Shown: positions 19,590 through 27,431 of the stretch, piece by piece
Layout: every line of letters starts with the position of its first letter
How positions within the stretch are numbered: the first letter of the stretch is position 1
Made by a program: the position numbers and the translations under genes
The notes under the pieces: generated by a model
What the model was told of the DNA's origin: nothing
Databases searched by the model: none
The model's input: the letters and a program-made list of their open reading frames with translations, nothing else
DNA from: a secondary endosymbiont of Trabutina mannipara
GTDB lineage: Bacteria > Pseudomonadota > Gammaproteobacteria > Enterobacterales > Enterobacteriaceae
Length of the DNA stretch: 32,000 bases
Direction of reading: 5' to 3'
Assembly (NCBI RefSeq): GCF_900090215.1
Contig: NZ_LT594522.1
Location: 90,001-122,000, forward strand

Positions 19590-19780
19590 GTTTACTATAC
19601 TTTTCTCTAAAAGAGATCAGGTAATTTTATAGCACAAACAAATATATGCAATCTATTGTGTTGCACACAATATATTGCATAAAATACCATTATTAATGGT
19701 TAATACGTATATAAGGTATAATTCCATTTATCGCACAAATTTATACATTTTAAAGTAGTTTTATTTTGTAAATTATACGT

Positions 19781-20193
19781 ACGTCGAGCGCACATCATTA
19801 ATGCTTCACAAGCTACTTTATTAGCAACTTTTGCAATACCTTTAAAACGTGCAACTCCGCAACGCTCTTTAATAAATTATACTTCAAACGCTTAAAACGT
19901 GCTTCATCAATGGCAGTAAAATACTAAATTTAGTTTTTTACCTGAACTTTTGAAAAGAAGAATACCGGTTGCTTGCGCTATAGCTTCCAATATTAACACC
20001 CCAGGAAAAACAGGTTTTTTCTGTAAAAAATTTCCTTGAAAAAAGGGTTCATTAAAAGAAACATTTTTTTTAATGCACGTATAAATTTTTCTTTTTCAAA
20101 ATTTAGTACACGGTCCACAAATAGAAACGGAAAACGGTGATGCAAAATTTCTAAAATCTCTTTAATGTGCATAGTATGATTGTTAGTATTCAA
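19781..20193 (-). pseudogene. fabZ: 3-hydroxyacyl-ACP dehydratase FabZ pseudogene (several frameshifts, internal deletion, catalytic His region altered)
   Basis: Frame 1 reads (TTG)[59 protein letters not shown] shift gives [36 protein letters not shown]. Another shift gives IDEARFKR. Another gives [30 protein letters not shown]. Together these are collinear with E. coli FabZ ([98 protein letters not shown]). Confidence 0.85.
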
Positions 20194-20233
20194 AATACTC
20201 TTAGTACAACAAAAATTCTTTAAATTTATTTTT

Positions 20234-20333
20234 CAAAAAACAAATATATCCATACAATGATTATCAATTATAACACCATCAACGTACAATTTTGCATATA
20301 GCTGCTTTGCTAAACTAGTAGAATTTAAAACAT
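20234..20333 (-). pseudogene. lpxD: Possible N-terminal stub of lpxD
   Basis: An ATG (complement of 20331-20333) lies 3 nt after the skp stop, which I recall as roughly the E. coli skp-lpxD arrangement. One minus-strand frame reads STSLAKQLYAKLYVDGVIIDNHCMD, loosely resembling the LpxD N-terminus [25 protein letters not shown]. The match is short and based only on position plus weak similarity. Confidence 0.35.
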
Positions 20334-20336
20334 AAT

Positions 20337-20828
20337 TTATCTAACGTTTTTTATAACGTTAGCTGTAATGTCTTTAGCATTTTTGATATAAGCTACAGCG
20401 CTAGCATCAATTACTACGCTATAGCCTTCTTTAATAGCAACGTTTTTAACAGCATCCTGAATATTGCTCATAATTTTGTTACGTTCTTCTGTTTGACGAC
20501 GACGGTTGTCCTGTTCAAACTCTTGCGCTTTTTTAGATAAATTTTCACGCTGGGCTACAACTGATTTCTCCAATGTACTAAATTCACTTGTTTTAATATG
20601 AGAAATATTCTGTCTCAGAATTTTAATTTTTGTTTGAAGATCTAGTTCCATGAACTGAAGTTCTGTGGCGCGTCTTTTAAATTCATTTTCTAGTTTTTTA
20701 TCAATCATATTTAGATGCAGAGATTGTTGGAAAATACTAGAAATATTAACTACAGCTATTTTGTCAGCAGCATACGCATTATTAGGAATAGTAATGGCAA
20801 GTACAGCAGCATATAACCAAATTCTCAA
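20337..20828 (-). CDS. skp: Periplasmic chaperone Skp (OmpH)
   Basis: The tracked ORF runs to 20891 but its first codon is TTG, and its first 15 codons come from a 21-bp tandem duplication. An in-frame TTG at 20826-20828 is preceded by GAGGAG (complement of 20835-20840) with a 6-nt spacing. Starting there gives 163 aa with a signal peptide (M)RIWLYAAVLAITIPNNAYA|ADKIAVVN, matching E. coli Skp (161 aa, ..SAQA|ADKIAIVN). Confidence 0.85.
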   Translation of the reverse strand: MRIWLYAAVLAITIPNNAYAADKIAVVNISSIFQQSLHLNMIDKKLENEFKRRATELQFMELDLQTKIKILRQNISHIKTSEFSTLEKSVVAQRENLSKKAQEFEQDNRRRQTEERNKIMSNIQDAVKNVAIKEGYSVVIDASAVAYIKNAKDITANVIKNVR

Positions 20829-20847
20829 TATAAACTCCTCAACTATT

Positions 20848-20889
20848 CTGTTATGTATCTGAAGATGCCTGTTATGTATCTGAAGATGC
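20848..20889. repeat. Perfect 21-bp tandem duplication (ctgttatgtatctgaagatgc x2), with a partial third copy, upstream of skp
   Basis: 20848-20868 is identical to 20869-20889. It is followed by aatgaagatca, which repeats tgaagat. Confidence 0.9.
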
Positions 20890-21012
20890 AATGAAGATCA
20901 ATTTTGCCAAATTTTCAGCTAAACAAAGATACAATACAAGCTAATAAATAAATTATTATTATAAATTTGAATTAAAGTCGTCGACGCCTAACTATGTTTT
21001 CTGCCGGTAATA

Positions 21013-23433
21013 CTACCATGATTTACCAATATTAAACTGTAATTGTTCTGACTTATCTCCGTCATATTTCTTAATTGGCTGAGCATAAGAGAATGACAAA
21101 GGACCTAGCGGCGACAGCCACTGCATGGCTATGCCCGTAGAAATACGGATATTACCGGGATTACTATAGTCAGGAATAGTTGCATAGTAGGTTGCGCTAT
21201 TATTTTGCCAATCTGTATTCCAAACGGAACCACTATCAATAAATAGTGATGTTCGTAATGAGTTTTTTATTAAAAAAGGTGTAGGAAAAATAAATTCAGC
21301 GCTGGCTATAGCCAGCACATTACCACCTACAGCGTCGCTATAATCATAATTAATACTAATATTACTACTGTTGTATCTAGAATACACTTCTTTAGGACCA
21401 ATTGTATTATTTCGAAATCCGCGTACAGTACTGGCACCACCAGTATAGAAATTATCATAAAATGGCACTTCATTGCCACTAAAACCGTCAGCATATCCGA
21501 TATGTGCACGGCTTTTAAGCACCCAGTTACCGCTTTCACTTAGTGGAATATATTTACTAGCATCAAATGTTATTTTGTAATATTTGTTATTTGAACCTGG
21601 CATCGTAATTTTACCGTTAAATATAGCGTTTAAACCCACAGTAGGAAAGTATCCATTGTCTAGATTATTATATTTTAATCCGATATAGATAAAGAAATCA
21701 TAGGCACTTAAATTATTTTTTATTTTATTATTAGTAGTAGTTATCTTAGGTTTAGTATTGATGCCTATACTATTTAAGTAGTGCCATATTGTTACCTTAG
21801 GTTCTCTCTTAAGAAGATTATTATGCACGTAATTTATACTTATATTTAGCAAATTTTTTTTATTAATCGGAAAACATAAAGTAGTACTAAAACCGTAACT
21901 ACGCAAATCATAGTTTGACAAATCTGTCTTATCATTGATAAAATCATTATAGAATAGTTTACTTCCTAAACTAATACCACTTACTGTTAAGTATGGATAA
22001 TTTATCGATAGTTCAGCATAATTTTTATAGTTATTTTTATTCCCAATTAAACTAACAGTGTTACCAGTTCCTAGCCAGTTATCTTGTTGAATACCGAAAT
22101 GAAAGCTAACTCCGCTATCAGTTCCTAAACCAATACCCATATTTATACTGCCGGTATTTCTTTCTTTAATATTATAAATTACATCTATTTGATTAGTATA
22201 ACCAGGAACTGGCTGTGTTTTTACATCCACTTTTTCAAAATAACCTAGTCTATTTAAGTGTTCTTTACCTTGATATATCAAATCACTGCAAAATTTGACA
22301 CCTTCTTTTTGGGGTATTTCCCTACGGATTACTAGATCTTTTGTAATGTCATTGCCTTCAAATAGTATTTTTCGTACGTAAAAACGTTTACCAGCGTCAA
22401 TTTTGATATGCAAATTAACCGTTTTATCAACATCTTTTATTTCTACCTGAGTTAATACGCTGGGATAGGCATAACCGTAACTACCCATCAATTGTTTTAT
22501 CTTTTCTTTTACTTTTCTAATATTAGAGTTGTTATATAGTTCACAGTGATGCACTTTTGTTAAATTTTCTATCTCTAAAAAGTAGCCAGCCATATTACCG
22601 TTAACTACCGTGCTGCATAACTTATATTGTGCGCCTTCGGTAATATTTATTGTAATAAATATGTTTTTTTTATCAGTAGTTAAATTTACTTGCGTAGATT
22701 CAATATTAAAACGGACATAACCGTAATCAAGATAAAAACTGTACATAGATTCTAAATCTTTAGCTAAATTTTTTTTTTGGTATTTACGATGACCTACGTA
22801 CCATTTATCTCGTATCTTAAATTTTGAAGTTAAATTATCTTTAGTAAAGTTATGGTTACCAATAATGTTGATTTGCTGAACTTTTGCTGATATACCTTCG
22901 TTAAAAACTAGCTTTATATCTACGCAGTTAAGCGACTGTGGCATAACTAATACTTTAACTATAGCGTTGTATTTACCGTTGCTGTAGTAAAAATCTTCTA
23001 GCCATCTTTTTAGATGGTAAATAATAGCTCTGTCAAGATTATCACCTACTATAATACCTTGAATATCAAGGTTTTGCTTAAGCATATAATATTTTATTAA
23101 AGAATTTCCTGAAAAGGTAATTTTAGTAATAGTAGGACGCTCTTTTACATTTATAAATAGTGAATCTATATTACGTAATACCCTAACATCATCAAAATTT
23201 TCGGTAGCAAAGAGAACACGTATAGTATTGCTGATATCTTCAGTAGTTATTATATCGCCGATACAAATTGGTATGAATAGTAATGCTGTATCTATGGTAA
23301 TTTTGTGCATTCCTTCAAAAAAAATTTTTTTTACTACGAATGCATCATTTTCACTGTATTCTGTACCGTATACGGTAGCGCTATTAACACTACTTAAAAG
23401 TAGTGCCACTACTATGAGCAGCAATTTTTTCAT
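21013..23433 (-). CDS. bamA: Outer-membrane protein assembly factor BamA
   Basis: An 806-aa ORF with an ATG start and signal peptide [23 protein letters not shown] repeats are followed by a C-terminal beta-barrel (..GGASTVRGF.. and ..FNIGKSW, ending in an aromatic residue). The length is close to E. coli BamA (810 aa), and it lies directly upstream of skp as in E. coli. Confidence 0.95.
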   Translation of the reverse strand: MKKLLLIVVALLLSSVNSATVYGTEYSENDAFVVKKIFFEGMHKITIDTALLFIPICIGDIITTEDISNTIRVLFATENFDDVRVLRNIDSLFINVKERPTITKITFSGNSLIKYYMLKQNLDIQGIIVGDNLDRAIIYHLKRWLEDFYYSNGKYNAIVKVLVMPQSLNCVDIKLVFNEGISAKVQQINIIGNHNFTKDNLTSKFKIRDKWYVGHRKYQKKNLAKDLESMYSFYLDYGYVRFNIESTQVNLTTDKKNIFITINITEGAQYKLCSTVVNGNMAGYFLEIENLTKVHHCELYNNSNIRKVKEKIKQLMGSYGYAYPSVLTQVEIKDVDKTVNLHIKIDAGKRFYVRKILFEGNDITKDLVIRREIPQKEGVKFCSDLIYQGKEHLNRLGYFEKVDVKTQPVPGYTNQIDVIYNIKERNTGSINMGIGLGTDSGVSFHFGIQQDNWLGTGNTVSLIGNKNNYKNYAELSINYPYLTVSGISLGSKLFYNDFINDKTDLSNYDLRSYGFSTTLCFPINKKNLLNISINYVHNNLLKREPKVTIWHYLNSIGINTKPKITTTNNKIKNNLSAYDFFIYIGLKYNNLDNGYFPTVGLNAIFNGKITMPGSNNKYYKITFDASKYIPLSESGNWVLKSRAHIGYADGFSGNEVPFYDNFYTGGASTVRGFRNNTIGPKEVYSRYNSSNISINYDYSDAVGGNVLAIASAEFIFPTPFLIKNSLRTSLFIDSGSVWNTDWQNNSATYYATIPDYSNPGNIRISTGIAMQWLSPLGPLSFSYAQPIKKYDGDKSEQLQFNIGKSW

Positions 23434-23843
23434 CGCTATTATTGGCGTTGTTAGATAATTTAATCTGATATTATCAGATTAAAATGCATATAGACCAAGT
23501 ACTCATTTTAACTCATTTTAGAGTGCTACTCCAGCAGAAAATAAGGGTGGTACAAAATCATTAAAATACCTAATAAGCGAACTTTATTTTAATCATTAGG
23601 ACACTTGATTACGCAAGCATAAAAAAATATAGATTTTAGTATCGACAATTGAAATTTAAAAGCACTAATAAGCATATACAAGATCAAAGACAATTTTTTG
23701 AAAAAAATTGATAACAACAATATGTAATTAAATACTGCTTTAGTAAAGTAGCAGATAGAAAATTTTTTTCTAAAATAGAATAAAGAAAAAAAAGGTTAAT
23801 ATGTTGATATTTAACATAGGTAGTAGTAGTGAAAAAATTAAAT

Positions 23844-24395
23844 TTACATTAATTCTTCTTCTTTTTTCTTAAGAAGAATATCTATTTTTTTAATCCAAAA
23901 ATTAGTCAATTTTTGAATTATTTCTTGCAAACGATAATCATTGTCTTCATCGATAATTTTATCTTTTAATAAAGATTTAATTTTAACGTTAGCATAACGT
24001 CTAACATTACGTACTGACACTCTGCACTGTTCTGCCTCTGAGTTAACTGCTTTAATCAAAGCACGTCTACGTTCTTCAGTAAGTGGAGGAATAGGTACTA
24101 TAATGAGTGTTCCTGTAGAAGAAGGAGTCAGCCCTAAATCAGAAGTTAGAATAGCCTTTTCTACCGCTGGTATTAAAGTACGATCAAATAATGTGATAGA
24201 TAGAGTATGGGAATCTTCTGTAAGAATGTTAGATAGCTGACGCAATTGCATCATTTTCCCGTAATATTCAATCTGAATACTATCAAGTAAACTCGGAGAA
24301 GCACGTCCAGTGCGGATTTTACTAATATGTTTTTTAAAAGCCTCTACGCATTTTTCCATGCTAATCTCAGCATCTTTACAGATTTTATTAATCAC
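23844..24395 (-). CDS. frr: Ribosome recycling factor
   Basis: A 183-aa ORF with a GTG start (complement of 24393-24395). [21 protein letters not shown] and [14 protein letters not shown] are collinear with E. coli Frr (185 aa). Confidence 0.95.
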   Translation of the reverse strand: MINKICKDAEISMEKCVEAFKKHISKIRTGRASPSLLDSIQIEYYGKMMQLRQLSNILTEDSHTLSITLFDRTLIPAVEKAILTSDLGLTPSSTGTLIIVPIPPLTEERRRALIKAVNSEAEQCRVSVRNVRRYANVKIKSLLKDKIIDEDNDYRLQEIIQKLTNFWIKKIDILLKKKEEELM

Positions 24396-24445
24396 GTTGT
24401 TAACCTTTACCTTTAGTTATACTGAATTAGTTCCTATTTTTACTA

Positions 24446-25303
24446 TCAAAATAGAATTCTTTTTTGAATACCTTCACCAACTTCAAAACGTATAAATTTA
24501 TTAATTTTAATACCGTATTCACATAATAATTTACCAACAGTTTTACTCTGATCCATTACAAATAACTGATCATTTAGGCAAATCTCTTCAAAAAACTTAC
24601 GCATACGACCTTCAACAATTTTTTGGGTCATTTCCTGTGATTTACAACCTAAATTTCTTACAATATCTAGTTGAATTTTATTTTCATTATATACCATCTT
24701 AGATGGTATATCTTCAACTTTTATATATTCTGGTTTAATAGCAGCAATATGCATTGCAACATGCTTCATCACTAATTTTTTAGTTGTTACATCGGTAGCA
24801 GAAACTATATCTGCATTGGTAGCGGAAACTATAACACCAATATGTGTATTATTGTGTAGGTAAGAGACTAGTATGTCTCCTTCTAAAATACCAATACGGC
24901 GTATGTTAATATTTTCACCAAATTTAACTATTAACTCAGTTCGTTTTTTTTCAAATTTAGTTTGGATATTTTCAATATTCATGATGCGCTCTTCTGTTGC
25001 TACATTAATAACTTCGTCACAAAATGCTTTAAAAGCAACATTTTTTGCAACGAAATCAGTTTCACAGTTTATCTCTATGAGAACACCATATTTTATATCA
25101 GGAGTTATTTTATTAAGAATGATACCTTCAGTAGCAACTCTTCCAGCTTTTTTCGCAGCTTTAACCTTACCTAATTTACGCATTTTATCGATTGCTAGTT
25201 CAATATCTCCCTTAGATTCAACTAGAGCTTTTTTACATTCCATAATGCTTATGCCAGTACGCTCACGTATTTCTTTTATCATAGCAGTAGTAATATTAGC
25301 CAT
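24446..25303 (-). CDS. tsf: Elongation factor Ts
   Basis: A 285-aa ORF with an ATG start. The N-terminal UBA-like motif [27 protein letters not shown] and the length match E. coli EF-Ts (283 aa). It lies directly downstream of rpsB. Confidence 0.96.
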   Translation of the reverse strand: MANITTAMIKEIRERTGISIMECKKALVESKGDIELAIDKMRKLGKVKAAKKAGRVATEGIILNKITPDIKYGVLIEINCETDFVAKNVAFKAFCDEVINVATEERIMNIENIQTKFEKKRTELIVKFGENINIRRIGILEGDILVSYLHNNTHIGVIVSATNADIVSATDVTTKKLVMKHVAMHIAAIKPEYIKVEDIPSKMVYNENKIQLDIVRNLGCKSQEMTQKIVEGRMRKFFEEICLNDQLFVMDQSKTVGKLLCEYGIKINKFIRFEVGEGIQKRILF

Positions 25304-25331
25304 TAATTTTCCATTATTTTTATAAAAAATT

Positions 25332-26039
25332 TTATCCAGTACGTTCTAATACTAGATTTTGAGAATCATCCTTACGGATGGTTGTTGTTACTACATTTAA
25401 ATATAATTTAATTGCACGGGTAGCGTCGTCATTGCCAGGAATAATAAAATTCACGCACTCAGGATCAGAATTAGTGTCAACAATAGCAAAAACTGGAATT
25501 CCCAGATTATTAGCTTCTTTAATAGCAATTTGTTCGTGTTTCGCATCTATAACAAATAGTGCATCCGGTAACCCCCCCATATCCTTTATGCCATCTAGAC
25601 TCTTTTCAAGTTTATTTTTTTCTCTACTACGTATCAACGCCTCTTTTTTAGTAATCTTTTCGAAAGTACCATCTTGAGACTGGATTTCTAATTCTTTTAA
25701 ACGTTTTATTGATTGACGAACCGTTTTCCAATTAGTCAACATTCCACCTAACCAACGGTAGTTTACGAAAAATTGATTACAACTATTAGCTGCTTCTTTT
25801 ACTTCTTCGTTTGCTGATTTTTTGGTGCCAACAAATAAAATTTTACCTTTACGTAAAGCTATTTTTTTTAGCTCTTTTAGAGCTTCATTAAACATGATTA
25901 ATGTTTTATCTAAATTGATAATATGAATTTTATTACGAATTCCCAAAATGAAAGGTTTCATTTTGGGGTTCCAATAACGAGTTTGGTGACCAAAATGAAC
26001 ACCTGCATGAAATAGGATACGCATTGAAATAGTTGTCAT
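25332..26039 (-). CDS. rpsB: 30S ribosomal protein S2
   Basis: A 235-aa ORF with an ATG start and an AGAGG Shine-Dalgarno. [35 protein letters not shown] is almost identical to the E. coli S2 N-terminus. Confidence 0.96.
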   Translation of the reverse strand: MTTISMRILFHAGVHFGHQTRYWNPKMKPFILGIRNKIHIINLDKTLIMFNEALKELKKIALRKGKILFVGTKKSANEEVKEAANSCNQFFVNYRWLGGMLTNWKTVRQSIKRLKELEIQSQDGTFEKITKKEALIRSREKNKLEKSLDGIKDMGGLPDALFVIDAKHEQIAIKEANNLGIPVFAIVDTNSDPECVNFIIPGNDDATRAIKLYLNVVTTTIRKDDSQNLVLERTG

Positions 26040-26135
26040 GATTAACCTCTAATTTTAGTTTTATGCTCCCACGTATAATAATTTATCATTATAATCATAG
26101 CACCCCAACACATGTGTCGATACGTGGTGTGTATT
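26040..26135 (-). promoter_or_regulatory. rpsB 5' leader with long-range helix; candidate S2 autoregulatory leader
   Basis: In the minus-strand RNA, CCACGUAU (complement of 26120-26127) can pair with AUACGUGG (complement of 26069-26076). This encloses about 43 nt that include the self-complementary acacaugugu and a locally GC-richer island, and the 3' arm lies about 30 nt upstream of the rpsB start. S2 feedback through a structured rpsB leader is known in gammaproteobacteria, but I cannot confirm homology by eye. Confidence 0.3.
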
Positions 26136-26277
26136 TAATTAGCATCATTGATGAACTATGCTAGTTAAAATTAGCATGATAATTTTATATTATAAACTAT
26201 GTTTAAACTAAATATGTATTCAAAATATTATAACTTATGGTGCTCAATTTATGCAAATACTCTATTCTGATTTAGAG

Positions 26278-27072
26278 ATGGACATTTTAATTAAAAAACC
26301 TGATGATATTGCTAAAATGCGTATTGCTGGAAAGCTAGCAGCAGAAGTACTAGAAATAATAAAACCTTATATTAAAATTGGTGTAAGTACAGGAGAATTA
26401 GATCATTTATGTAAAAAATATATAACCCAAAAGCAGAATGCTATTTCTGCATCATTAGGCTATCATGGTTTTCCAAAATCAGTTTGTATTTCAGTGAATG
26501 AAGTAGTATGCCACGGCATTCCGTGCTATAAGCACAAACTAAAAAATGGGGACATTTTAAATATCGACGTCGCTGTAATAAAACAAGGATTTTACGGTGA
26601 TACATCAAAGATGTTTATTGTCGGAAATCCAACTATTATTGGTAAAAGGTTATGCCAGATAACAAAAGAAAGCCTTTATTTAGCTATACGTATGGTTAAG
26701 CCAGGTATTCGTTTACGCACTATTGGTAAAGCAATACAACAATTCGTAGAAGCAAAAAAATTTTCAGTAGTACGTGAATATTGCGGTCATGGTATAGGAA
26801 AAAATTTTCATGAATATCCACAGGTATTGCATTATGATGCAGACGACGGCGGTATTGTGTTAAAACCAGGAATGGTCTTTACTATAGAACCTATGGTAAA
26901 TGCTGGTGACTTTCGTATTCATACTATGAAAGATGGTTGGACTGTAAAAACTACAGATCGTAGCCTATCTGCGCAATACGAACATACAGTTGTTGTTACC
27001 GAAGACGGATGTGAAATTCTAACTTTAAATACTGATGATACCTTACAGAAGGTAATTCACCACTTAACATAA
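26278..27072 (+). CDS. map: Methionine aminopeptidase (type I)
   Basis: The ORF is open from 26251, but E. coli Map starts MAISIKTPEDIEKMRVAG. The corresponding MDILIKKPDDIAKMRIAG begins at the ATG at 26278. The metal-ligand context is conserved (DILNIDVAVIKQGFYGDTSKMF, CGHGIG, FTIEPM, EHTVVVT). The gene is divergent from rpsB as in E. coli. Confidence 0.93.
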   Translation: MDILIKKPDDIAKMRIAGKLAAEVLEIIKPYIKIGVSTGELDHLCKKYITQKQNAISASLGYHGFPKSVCISVNEVVCHGIPCYKHKLKNGDILNIDVAVIKQGFYGDTSKMFIVGNPTIIGKRLCQITKESLYLAIRMVKPGIRLRTIGKAIQQFVEAKKFSVVREYCGHGIGKNFHEYPQVLHYDADDGGIVLKPGMVFTIEPMVNAGDFRIHTMKDGWTVKTTDRSLSAQYEHTVVVTEDGCEILTLNTDDTLQKVIHHLT

Positions 27073-27120
27073 TAATATATATAAATTAAATAAAATATTT
27101 TTTTAAAATATAAAAAATTA

Positions 27121-27149
27121 TTGCATTAATATCATATATAATTTATAAT
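27121..27149 (+). promoter_or_regulatory. Candidate sigma70 promoter for the initiator tRNA
   Basis: TTGCAT (27121-27126), a 17-nt spacer, then TATAAT (27144-27149), ending 10 nt before the tRNA 5' end at 27160. Confidence 0.35.
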
Positions 27150-27159
27150 TATATTTTAT

Positions 27160-27233
<74 letters not shown>

Positions 27234-27269
27234 TAAAAATATATAATTTATTTTATTTATCATCCAGAT

Positions 27270-27431
27270 TTAAATATCTAATTTAAGACGTGCGTAAGCT
27301 GCTACTAACCATTTTATACCATGATTTTTAAAATTAATCTTCAGGCAACTTTGTTCACCATGATATCCATCTTCTAGTACTATGCCTTTACCAAATTTAG
27401 GATGAAATATTTTCTGTCCAATAGAAAAAAA
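27270..27431 (-). other. uvrD: In-frame continuation of uvrD after the premature TAA: conserved C-terminal 53 codons
   Basis: In the same frame, directly after the TAA, the sequence reads FFSIGQKIFHPKFGKGIVLEDGYHGEQSCLKINFKNHGIKWLVAAYARLKLDI*. The E. coli UvrD C-terminus is ..LGQRVRHAKFGEGTIVNMEGSGEHSRLQVAFQGQGIKWLVAAYARLESV. There is no internal ATG. Confidence 0.85.

Noticed and set aside
20979-20986. A GC-only palindrome, cgtcgacg, downstream of the bamA stop, considered as a terminator.
   Set aside because: An 8-bp palindrome cannot form a stable hairpin because no loop is possible. There is no adjacent T-run on the minus strand.
24873-25325. A 150-aa ORF and the nested 70-aa ORF (24962-25174) on the plus strand.
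   Set aside because: Both lie entirely antisense to the highly conserved tsf gene. Their translations are Ser/Phe/Ile-rich shadow-frame products, and no independent signals are present.
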